In this document: positions 55,792 through 64,000 of the stretch, one piece after another | Layout of the letters: the number at the start of each line of letters is the position of its first letter | Position numbering within the stretch: position 1 is the first letter of the stretch | Assembly (NCBI GenBank): GCA_038153405.1 | Contig: JAYOYH010000002.1 | Coordinates: 32,001-96,000, forward strand | Origin: Gemmatimonadota bacterium | Lineage (GTDB): Bacteria; Latescibacterota; UBA2968; UBA8231 | Length of the DNA stretch: 64,000 bases | Direction of reading: 5' to 3' | Program-made: the position numbers and the translations under genes | Notes under the pieces: model-generated | What the model saw: only the letters and a program-made list of their open reading frames with translations | What the model was told of the DNA's origin: nothing | The model's database searches: none

Positions 55792-58592
55792 GTGCCCTCG
55801 TCTATGGTCGTCGGTGCAGACGCCGCCGTCGTATCAGCAGCTAATTCGCGCAAGAAAAAAGGTATAACTAACTCGACCCATACCTTAATCTGGTTTCCAT
55901 CATTGCGCAGTGCGGGATAAAACTCGTATTCGTAGGCGGCGTTTACCGCTGCTTGGGCAAAGGGTTCGTCGCCGCGAAAAACTTCGACGAGCTCGGCGCG
56001 CCCCGCTTTATCGACCAGCACGTCGACGAGCACCTCAAGCGAATCGACCGACATCCCCGGCGGCGTTTGGGGCCGCACGACCCTGCGCACTAGGGGCCAA
56101 TCGCTCAGCGCAATATCCTGCTTCCCGAGATTCAAGTCGATTTCGGGCGGTACAATGGCCAGCTCTTCCAACTGATCTAGTTCGAGCGCCTCGCCCTCCA
56201 CTATAGCCGGGTACTGATCGCGCGCATAGCGTATCTGCGGATTGGCCGCATCGCGCCTTAGCAGTTGCTGAAGGTAGGAATTGGCCGAGTCCTCTTCGGC
56301 CTCGGCAATGTGTATGGCAAATAGCCGGTAGTGCGCCTGTAGGTTATTCGGGTCAAAGCTCAGCGTCTGGCGATACAGCTCCGTAGCCTCGGAGAAAAAG
56401 CCCTCATCCCACGATATATTGCCCAACAGGTAGAGCGCGCGCGGGTTTCTCAACTGTTCTTCCAAGCTGCGCTCGTAATAGCTGCGCGCCGAGCTCTTGT
56501 CGCCGCGCCGGTCAGCGCGCAGCGCAAATCCCATGTACTTGCGCGACAGCGATGCGGAGTCGAGCGTGTCGGGTTCCAACGCCAACAGGGCCATTTCCTC
56601 ACCCGGCTTCAGCACCCCGCCCACGGCTTTGAGACTGCGCTCCAGCTTGGCGACGGAGCCATCGCTTTGCGCTGCGCGTCGCTGCAGCGCCAAATCGCCA
56701 TAGCGCGTTTCTGCAAACTCCTCTTCCAGACGGCGGTAGCGCTGCTCCACTTGCAGCGTATCGCCGCGGAGATCGTCGTATGCCACGGCGCTCAAGTAAA
56801 CGGCCTTGGCGCCGATGGGCGAACCGGTATAGCGCGCTGCCAAGCTATCGAGGAGCGGCACGTAATCCTCCAGCGCGTTGGGATTGGTCATGCGCAGCGT
56901 TTCAATCTCGGCAAACTCAGCCGCGGCGCGCTCGGCGTCCGTAGTCAGCAGTTCGCGCCCCAGGAGAAGGCGCGCTTGGTTGGCATGGGCCGATGTAGAA
57001 AAATCGCGAACCAGCTGTTCTAAATACGGCTTAGCCCCTTCTTCGTCACGCAACAGCTGTCGGTGAATCCAGGCTATGCTGTAGACGGCACGCGGCAGCT
57101 GCTCCGAACTCGGAAAGCGACGAATGACTTCTTCGTAGTAGGCGATGGAAGAGTCGGGCTGTCCGACAAAATCGCGATAGACCTCGGCGATGGTAAATAA
57201 ATTATCGAGCACTTCTAGGCTGTGGGATACGACGACTTCTTTGCCGGCTTCGCCCCCTCCGCGTTCTTCGCCTTCCTCGTCCATGATTTGGTCGTCGACG
57301 TCTACGGCGTCGTCTTCGCTCTGTCTGTCTACGCTAGCCTCTTCGCCGTCTTCGCCTCCTCCGTTTTTGCTCCCCTCGTCTTCATCCTCCTCGCGCTCGG
57401 GAGGCTGCCAGCCTTCGACCCGCAGAACGGGGCCGGCAATGGCACCGAGCGAATCGGCGGCCAGCGAGTCGGCCCGATGCACGCTGCCCTGCAGACTTTC
57501 CAATCGCGTCAGGTGGCCCAACATAACCTGGGCGAGGCGCGCCCCCTGCGACCCCGCTTTTTCCTGGTTGGTCTCTTCGAAGTACTCGCGGGCCAGTCGG
57601 GTATCCCCTCGCTCCTGCAGATAGAGCAACCCCGTCCGATAGAGCGCCATAGCCGAGGCCGGACTCTGGGGAAAATCGTCGCGCACCTTCTCGTACTGGG
57701 CAAGGGCGCGCTCTTCATCGCGATCGACCTGATAGTGCTGGCCGATCAGCAGGCGCGTGCGTCCCTCATAGGCGCGAAAATCGCCGTCTTTAAGCAGTGC
57801 ATCATAGGTATCTAAAGAGCCTTCCACATCGCCCAACATAGACAGGGCACGACCAATATTGAGCCGAGCCCGATATTCCTGATCGCGGTCTGGATCGGCC
57901 CTGAGCACTTCAAAAAAAGTATCGACGGCTTCTTCGTAGTGCGTCGAGTCTTCAAGCGCCAATAGAGACGATCCCAGCCGCAGCAAGAGCGCGGCGCGGA
58001 TCGGCGCATCGGGGAACGCATCGAGCGCGGAGCGGTATTCCTGTGCGGCGGCGACGTAGTCTTCATTGGCAAAGGCCATCTCGCCCAAACGCCATCCCGC
58101 CCGAGCCGCCATCTCCTCTTCGGCCTCTTCTACCAGCGTCCTGTAGAGTTGCTGGGCCTCGCTGTCGATCCGCTGTTTTTCCATGCACAGAGCGCGCCAG
58201 TAGCGCGCCCTGTTGAAATATTCGCTATCGGGAAAGTTGGTCTCCAAATCGCGGAATGCCTGGACCGCGCGCAGGTACTCGGCGCGCCAGTAGAACGAAC
58301 GCCCCAAGAGGAACATCGCATCGTCGACCAATTCGCTCTCTTTGTAACGCTCCAACACGCGCGAGGCCTTGCGCGCAGCCTGATCGTACAGCTGGTCGGC
58401 ATTTTGCGGGCGCGGCACCTGGTAGTCCTCAGTGGCTCCGTCTTCTAACTCCCAACTGGCGTGCAGTTCTTCGTGCGCATGGCGCGCTTTTTCCGCCTGG
58501 CGGTAGTATTTCTGTGCATTGTAGAACGTGTTGAAATAGACGCAGCCCGAAGTGCCGAAGAAGACGAGTGCTATGAGGACGTACAGGCGCAT
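55788..58592 (-). CDS. Large TPR lipoprotein with C-terminal TonB_C-like domain
   Basis: TSGC lipobox, YFNTFYNA, many TPRs, acidic insert, VLVDKAG...F.PA...G..KVWV..I.F. Confidence 0.8.
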   Translation of the reverse strand: MRLYVLIALVFFGTSGCVYFNTFYNAQKYYRQAEKARHAHEELHASWELEDGATEDYQVPRPQNADQLYDQAARKASRVLERYKESELVDDAMFLLGRSFYWRAEYLRAVQAFRDLETNFPDSEYFNRARYWRALCMEKQRIDSEAQQLYRTLVEEAEEEMAARAGWRLGEMAFANEDYVAAAQEYRSALDAFPDAPIRAALLLRLGSSLLALEDSTHYEEAVDTFFEVLRADPDRDQEYRARLNIGRALSMLGDVEGSLDTYDALLKDGDFRAYEGRTRLLIGQHYQVDRDEERALAQYEKVRDDFPQSPASAMALYRTGLLYLQERGDTRLAREYFEETNQEKAGSQGARLAQVMLGHLTRLESLQGSVHRADSLAADSLGAIAGPVLRVEGWQPPEREEDEDEGSKNGGGEDGEEASVDRQSEDDAVDVDDQIMDEEGEERGGGEAGKEVVVSHSLEVLDNLFTIAEVYRDFVGQPDSSIAYYEEVIRRFPSSEQLPRAVYSIAWIHRQLLRDEEGAKPYLEQLVRDFSTSAHANQARLLLGRELLTTDAERAAAEFAEIETLRMTNPNALEDYVPLLDSLAARYTGSPIGAKAVYLSAVAYDDLRGDTLQVEQRYRRLEEEFAETRYGDLALQRRAAQSDGSVAKLERSLKAVGGVLKPGEEMALLALEPDTLDSASLSRKYMGFALRADRRGDKSSARSYYERSLEEQLRNPRALYLLGNISWDEGFFSEATELYRQTLSFDPNNLQAHYRLFAIHIAEAEEDSANSYLQQLLRRDAANPQIRYARDQYPAIVEGEALELDQLEELAIVPPEIDLNLGKQDIALSDWPLVRRVVRPQTPPGMSVDSLEVLVDVLVDKAGRAELVEVFRGDEPFAQAAVNAAYEYEFYPALRNDGNQIKVWVELVIPFFLRELAADTTAASAPTTIDEGT

Positions 58593-58597
58593 GGAAC

Positions 58598-61500
58598 TCA
58601 CGAATTGGCGTGGTAATCTTGCAGGGCGCACACGTCGAGACCGGAGCGCAGCAGAGCGTCAATACCCTCCGCAGCGGCGCGCGCACCGGCCAGCGTCGTC
58701 GTATAGGGGACGTTGTTCATAACGGCCGCGCGACGCACGACAAAATCGTCATACTGAGAAGGTTCATCGAGCGGCGTGTTGATAACCAATGCGATATCGC
58801 GATTGCGAATGGCATCCTCGATATGCGGCCGTCCCTCGTGCACTTTGCGAACCACCCCGGCCTCGACGCCGTTGGCGACGAGATAGTCGCGCGTGCCCTG
58901 CGTGGCAACAATGGTGAAACCCGCCTCTAACAGACGCTGGGCCACCGGTACAATGGCCGGTTTATCGCGATCGGCCACGCTTATAAAAACGCGCCCCTGC
59001 GCCGGCAACACGGTATTGGCACCCATTTGCGCCTTGAGAAAGGCCGTGCCGAAGTCGCGGCCAATGCCCATGACCTCTCCCGTCGATTTCATCTCCGGCC
59101 CCAGCACGCTATCGGCGCCGGGAAATTTGATAAAGGGCAGCACCGCCTCTTTGACGCAGATGTGCTCTGGGACGATTTCCTCGTGGACGCCCTGCGCGGC
59201 CAGGCTAGTGCCGACCATGGCGCGCGCGGCGATCTTGGCCAGCGGTCTGCCGATGGCCTTACTGACAAAGGGCACCGTCCGCGAAGCGCGCGGGTTGACC
59301 TCCAACACGTAGACTTCGCCCTCGTGAATGGCGTACTGCACATTCATGAGTCCAATCACATCAAGCGCTCTGGCCAGCGCGTGCGTATAGTCGCGCAGGC
59401 GCTGCAAGTTTTCCGGCGTAATGCTATAGGGCGGCAGGGCGCAGGCGCTATCGCCGGAGTGCACTCCGGCGTGCTCAATGTGCTGCATAATGCCGCCGAT
59501 AACGACGTCTTTGCCATCGGCCACCGCATCGACGTCAAACTCTTCGGCCCCCTCCAAATAGCGATCGATGAGCACCGGACGCTCTGGCGACACATCAATG
59601 GCCTGGCGCATGTAGTTTTCCAGACTAGCCGCATCATAGACGATGACCATAGCGCGCCCACCCAGCACGTACGAAGGGCGCACCAAGACCGGGTAGCCGA
59701 TGCGCTCGGCCACCGCACGCGCCTCGACAAAACTGCTGGCCATGCCGTTTTCCGGCTGGCGAATGTCGAGTTGGCGGAGCAGGTTGCCAAAGCGCTCGCG
59801 GTCTTCGGCCAGATCGATGCTGGCCGGCGTCGTGCCGATAATTGGCACGCCTTCGCGCTCCAGCTCGGCTGCCAGGTTCAGCGGCGTTTGGCCGCCGAAC
59901 TGCACGATAACCCCGTCGGGGTTCTCGCGGCGGACGATGTGCAACACATCTTCTACCGTCAGCGGCTCGAAATAGAGCTTATTGGCCGTGTCGTAATCCG
60001 TGCTCACGGTCTCGGGGTTGCTGTTGACCATGATGGTCTCGTAACCATCTTCGCGCAGGGCAAAGCAGGCGTGCACGCAGCAATAGTCGAATTCGATTCC
60101 CTGCCCTATGCGATTGGGTCCACCGCCGAGTATCATGATCTTTTTCTTGTCGGAGCACTCGGCCTCGTCCTCGCGATCGTAGGCCGAGTAGTGGTAGGGC
60201 GTATGCGCGGCAAATTCGGCGGCACAGGTATCCACCGTCTTGTAGACGGGAAATAGACCCAGCGCGCTGCGGCGGGCGCGCACATCGCCCTCGCTCAGCC
60301 CCAACATGTGTGCCAATTGGCGATCGCTATATCCCCACTCCTTAGCTCGGCGCAACAGCCCGACGTCTTCCAGATTGCCGGCGGCGCGTATCTCGGCCTC
60401 GCATTCGATCAACTGCAGCAGGTGGTCTAAAAACCAGGGGTCGATGCCCGTGAGCTTGTGCACCTGTTCGATTGAATAGCCCTTTTCAAAGGCGAGTTTG
60501 AGGTAGAATATGCGCTGCGAGTTGGGCACGAGCAGCTTTTCGCGCAGCTCCTTGTCGCTGACCTTCTCGCTGGAAAAATCCTTGCCATCGGCTCCCCAAC
60601 CCGCACGCCCTACCTCGAGCGAGCGCAGCCCTTTCTGCAGGGACTCTTTGAAGGTGCGGCCGATGGACATCGTCTCGCCAACGGAGCGCATTTGCGTGTC
60701 GAGCTGATCGGGTGTGCTGGGAAATTTTTCAAAGGTAAAACGCGGAATTTTGGTGACTACGTAATCGATTGTCGGCTCGAAGGACGCCGGCGTTTCGCGG
60801 GTAATATCGTTGGGGATTTCGTCGAGGCTATACCCAACGGCCAGCTTGGCCGCGATTTTTGCGATGGGAAAGCCCGTGGCCTTTGAGGCCAGAGCAGACG
60901 AACGCGATACGCGCGGATTCATCTCTATAACGGTCATGCGTCCGTCGGCGGGATTGACGGCAAACTGAATATTCGATCCTCCGGTATCGACGCCGATCTC
61001 GCGGATAACGCGGATCGCCGCATCGCGCATGATTTGGTATTCCTTGTCGGAAAGCGTTTGCGCGGGCGCCACCGTCAGACTATCGCCGGTGTGTACGCCC
61101 ATCGGGTCGAAGTTCTCTATGGAACAAATGATGACGACGTTATCGGCGTGATCGCGCATGACCTCGAGTTCGTACTCTTTCCAGCCGAGCACCGACTCCT
61201 CGATCAACACTTCGTCGATGGGACTCAGATCTAGGCCATGAGCAACAATGCGCTCGAATTCCTCTGCGTTGTAGGCGATTCCTCCGCCGCTGCCCCCCAT
61301 GGTAAACGATGGACGGATGATGGTCGGGTAGCCCAGCTCCCCCTGATCGCGCAGCGCCTCATCCAACGAGTGAACGAAGAAGCCGCGCGGCATATCGAGG
61401 CCGGCGCGATCCATAGCAGCCTTGAACAACTCGCGATCTTCCGCCGTCTTTATGGCATCTAATTTAGCGCCTATTAGCTCGACGCCATACGCGTCGAGCA

Positions 61501-61819
61501 CGCCGCTTTCGGCTAGGGCAACGGCGGTATTGAGCGCCGTTTGACCGCCCAGTGTGGGCAAGAGCGCCTGCGGTCGTTCCGCCGCAATGATCTTGGCACA
61601 AATCTCCGGCGTAATCGGTTCGATATAAGTGCGATCGGCCATTTCGGGATCGGTCATAATGGTCGCCGGATTGCTATTTACTAGCACGATTTCATATCCC
61701 TCTTCGCGCAGTGCCTTACAGGCCTGAGTTCCCGAGTAATCGAATTCGCAGGCCTGCCCGATGACTATGGGGCCGGACCCGATCAACATGATTTTCTCTA
61801 TATCTGTGCGCTTGGGCAT
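58598..61819 (-). CDS. carB: Carbamoyl-phosphate synthase large subunit
   Basis: [21 protein letters not shown], two ATP-grasp domains, MGS domain. Confidence 0.98.
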   Translation of the reverse strand: MPKRTDIEKIMLIGSGPIVIGQACEFDYSGTQACKALREEGYEIVLVNSNPATIMTDPEMADRTYIEPITPEICAKIIAAERPQALLPTLGGQTALNTAVALAESGVLDAYGVELIGAKLDAIKTAEDRELFKAAMDRAGLDMPRGFFVHSLDEALRDQGELGYPTIIRPSFTMGGSGGGIAYNAEEFERIVAHGLDLSPIDEVLIEESVLGWKEYELEVMRDHADNVVIICSIENFDPMGVHTGDSLTVAPAQTLSDKEYQIMRDAAIRVIREIGVDTGGSNIQFAVNPADGRMTVIEMNPRVSRSSALASKATGFPIAKIAAKLAVGYSLDEIPNDITRETPASFEPTIDYVVTKIPRFTFEKFPSTPDQLDTQMRSVGETMSIGRTFKESLQKGLRSLEVGRAGWGADGKDFSSEKVSDKELREKLLVPNSQRIFYLKLAFEKGYSIEQVHKLTGIDPWFLDHLLQLIECEAEIRAAGNLEDVGLLRRAKEWGYSDRQLAHMLGLSEGDVRARRSALGLFPVYKTVDTCAAEFAAHTPYHYSAYDREDEAECSDKKKIMILGGGPNRIGQGIEFDYCCVHACFALREDGYETIMVNSNPETVSTDYDTANKLYFEPLTVEDVLHIVRRENPDGVIVQFGGQTPLNLAAELEREGVPIIGTTPASIDLAEDRERFGNLLRQLDIRQPENGMASSFVEARAVAERIGYPVLVRPSYVLGGRAMVIVYDAASLENYMRQAIDVSPERPVLIDRYLEGAEEFDVDAVADGKDVVIGGIMQHIEHAGVHSGDSACALPPYSITPENLQRLRDYTHALARALDVIGLMNVQYAIHEGEVYVLEVNPRASRTVPFVSKAIGRPLAKIAARAMVGTSLAAQGVHEEIVPEHICVKEAVLPFIKFPGADSVLGPEMKSTGEVMGIGRDFGTAFLKAQMGANTVLPAQGRVFISVADRDKPAIVPVAQRLLEAGFTIVATQGTRDYLVANGVEAGVVRKVHEGRPHIEDAIRNRDIALVINTPLDEPSQYDDFVVRRAAVMNNVPYTTTLAGARAAAEGIDALLRSGLDVCALQDYHANS

Positions 61820-61856
61820 GCCAGTATCGTTCTCGCTAAGCGGTTGATAGCACATA

Positions 61857-61894
61857 CAAAAACAGAGATGCGCCGGAGCACATCTCTGTTTTTG
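61857..61894. terminator. Hairpin terminator upstream of carB
   Basis: CAAAAACAGAGATG/CATCTCTGTTTTTG. Confidence 0.75.
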
Positions 61895-61957
61895 CGGAAC
61901 TCCGAATTATAGGGGGAAGACGATGATGCGAATAAATCTGTGCACCCCACCTTGCCA

Positions 61958-62479
61958 TTAGGGATTTTGAATGATCCCCATATAAATGAGCAGGACAATG
62001 AGCCCGACCGTCGTCGCATAACCCAGTTTGAGAAACAGCAGGCGGTACTGCTCCCAGTTGCGCTTTTTTCGAATACGCAGTTGGGGTTCCTGCCCGACAT
62101 CCCCCTGAAACCGCTGCTCATCGATGAGGCGCACCAAGTTCGGATCGTAGTCGGCAATGGCCTTGAGAATGAGGCGCTTGCGACGAGCGACCTTTTCGGC
62201 GAACGCCTCGTGCGCCCCTTCGTCGACGCTGCGCGAACTGACCGCCCCCACTTCTTTATGACCGTCACCGGCGTGATCAGCTATAAGAATGCAGGTCTTT
62301 TCCTTGGCCAACTCCTCGGTCAGACCGCTAATCGCTGCGCGGTCCCTGACGTTGGCCTGCAAAACGGCGAAGCACGTATCGATAAAACGCTTGAAGTCGC
62401 GGCGGATTTCCTCTTCCGAGAGCCCCAATAAGTAGGACTCTTCAATGGCTTCCTCAATGGCTTCTTTCACGCTAGACAT
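61958..62479 (-). CDS. Hypothetical protein with C-terminal TM anchor
   Basis: Open frame with own promoter; hydrophobic C-terminus; start uncertain (62479 to 62530). Confidence 0.65.
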   Translation of the reverse strand: MSSVKEAIEEAIEESYLLGLSEEEIRRDFKRFIDTCFAVLQANVRDRAAISGLTEELAKEKTCILIADHAGDGHKEVGAVSSRSVDEGAHEAFAEKVARRKRLILKAIADYDPNLVRLIDEQRFQGDVGQEPQLRIRKKRNWEQYRLLFLKLGYATTVGLIVLLIYMGIIQNP

Positions 62480-62580
62480 AATGCACACTCTATCATCTAT
62501 AGTCATAACGAACAAAGACTTAGGCTGCAAACAACCGACGCGACTTCACCGGCCAAACCACCTCGCTTACCACCCCCCAT

Positions 62581-62609
62581 AGAGTACTGCATCGGTCAGT
62601 GCATGTCAA
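62581..62609 (-). promoter_or_regulatory. Promoter of the hypothetical gene
   Basis: TTGACA-17 bp-TACTCT. Confidence 0.6.
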
Positions 62610-62622
62610 GTATATAACCCGG

Positions 62623-64000
62623 CTAGCCGGAAGCCAATTCCACCAGCGATTGCGGAACCTGAGCGGCGATATCTCCGGCTAGCATACTCCACTCTCCAAG
62701 GCGATCGCGCGCCCGGTCTCCCGCAGCCCCGTGCACGTATACGGCAAGACAAGCCGCATCGGGCGCCGACAGACCCTGTGCCCAAAAACCGGCTACCAGC
62801 CCGGTGAGCACGTCGCCCGAGCCGGCGGTAGCCATGCCGGCATTGCCGGTGGGGTTGACGAGGACTTGCCCATCGGGCAGGGCGACCAGCGAGGGCGCAC
62901 CCTTCAGCACTATGACGGTGCGGTATTCTTGTGCAAACGCACGACTAACGCCTATCGGATCGGCGCGAACGGCCTCGCGAGGCATCCCCGTCAAGCGCGC
63001 GAATTCACCAATGTGCGGCGTCAAAATCGCATCGCCAGACCGCGCGCGCAGTCCGTCCGCGCAGCCGCTCAGCGCGTTGATTCCATCGGCATCCAGGACC
63101 AGCGGCAGCGGACAGCGCCGGACGATGCGGCGCACCAACTCAGCGGTCTCAGCGTGCGACCCCAGACCAGGTCCCAGAGCCAGCACGTCGGCGCGGCTGT
63201 ATAGCGCCTCGATCTGCCCCAGGGCGCGCAGCGCCAAACAGCGCCGGCGGCGCACTTCGGGCAAGGGGCGCGTCATGACCTCGGTCAGCATGCCCTCCAG
63301 CACGTCGTTGAGACTAGAGGGAATGCCCAAACTCACGCGCCCGGACCCAGCGCGCAGCGCCGCCGCGGCCGTCAGCGCCGCGGCCCCCGTCATGCCAACC
63401 GACCCAGCGACGACGGCCACGCTGCCACAGCTTCCCTTGTGCGCATCCCCCGAACGGCGCGGCAGCACGGCGCGCATGGCGTCGGCATCCAACAGGTGGG
63501 CAACGGGCGACACGGCCTGCACGGCGCGTTCGGCAAAGCCGATATCGGCCAAGTGCAGCACGCCGCAGCAGGCGCGCCCCGGATAGAATAGATGGCCCAC
63601 TTTTGGCAGGCCCAATCCCACCGTCAGCACGGCCTTTACGCCGCTTCCCGGCGTCGCCCCCGCGTCGGCATCAACGCCCGACGGTATATCGACGGCCACG
63701 ACGGGACGACCCGAACGGTTCAGCGCCTCAATGGCCCGGGCAATCCCCCCTTGCGGGGCTGAGCGCAGACCCATGCCCAACAGGGCGTCAACGGCCACGT
63801 CGCAGGTGGCTAGCGCCGCGGCAAATGCCTCGCCCCCGTCCGGCAGCACTTCCATCGTCACGCCCGCATCCTCCAAGCGGCGCAGGTGCTCGGCAGCGTC
63901 GCCTCGCACCCGCTCTCTCTCCGCAAATAGAAAGGCGCGCACGCGCGCGCCGCCGGCGTGCAAAAGGCGGCCCACGACAAACCCGTCGCCGCCGTTATTG
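62623..64000 (-). CDS. nnr: Bifunctional NAD(P)HX epimerase/dehydratase (5' part outside window)
   Basis: NNGGDG, DALLG.G, VDIPSG, HKG..G, LDADG, TPH.GE, GSGDVL. Confidence 0.93.
   Translation of the reverse strand, partial: NNGGDGFVVGRLLHAGGARVRAFLFAERERVRGDAAEHLRRLEDAGVTMEVLPDGGEAFAAALATCDVAVDALLGMGLRSAPQGGIARAIEALNRSGRPVVAVDIPSGVDADAGATPGSGVKAVLTVGLGLPKVGHLFYPGRACCGVLHLADIGFAERAVQAVSPVAHLLDADAMRAVLPRRSGDAHKGSCGSVAVVAGSVGMTGAAALTAAAALRAGSGRVSLGIPSSLNDVLEGMLTEVMTRPLPEVRRRRCLALRALGQIEALYSRADVLALGPGLGSHAETAELVRRIVRRCPLPLVLDADGINALSGCADGLRARSGDAILTPHIGEFARLTGMPREAVRADPIGVSRAFAQEYRTVIVLKGAPSLVALPDGQVLVNPTGNAGMATAGSGDVLTGLVAGFWAQGLSAPDAACLAVYVHGAAGDRARDRLGEWSMLAGDIAAQVPQSLVELASG

Noticed and set aside
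59027..60256. 409-aa plus-strand ORF
   Set aside because: Antisense shadow of carB

Overview
Core-genome window of a GC-rich diderm bacterium. The rpoC insert [19 protein letters not shown] and the TPR lipoprotein type suggest the FCB superphylum, possibly a Latescibacterota/Gemmatimonadota-like lineage (inference only). Bases 1-22.2 kb (minus strand) hold tRNA-Gly, tRNA-Thr, rpmG, tRNA-Trp, secE, nusG, rplKAJL, rpoBC, the str operon, the S10 operon and the start of spc. rplC has been removed from the S10 operon and sits alone at about 52 kb. RpoB carries D516Q and S522D in the rifampicin pocket. The strongest candidate for a new system is at 22.3-25.4 kb: a GAF-GAF-PAS sigma54 activator, three palindromic enhancer-like sites (two written into the activator's own last codons), a -24/-12 promoter, and a small protein of three C-x4-C-x9-C-x2-H-Y fingers as the apparent target. 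The rest contains greA with a leader terminator, sbcD-sbcC-ygfZ-like genes followed by a catalytically degenerate DinB, and a YdiJ-like oxidoreductase with a remote RidA-like gene and an FmdB-like gene. It also contains zapA, SulP, PhyH, a PDZ/repeat protein, an orphan infC with an ATC start and a uORF, sugar-metabolism genes, a GT2 plus GT-C/TPR pair, carB-TPR/TonB-pyrK-pyrD-rlpA and a partial nnr. No CRISPR array, rRNA or mobile element was seen.
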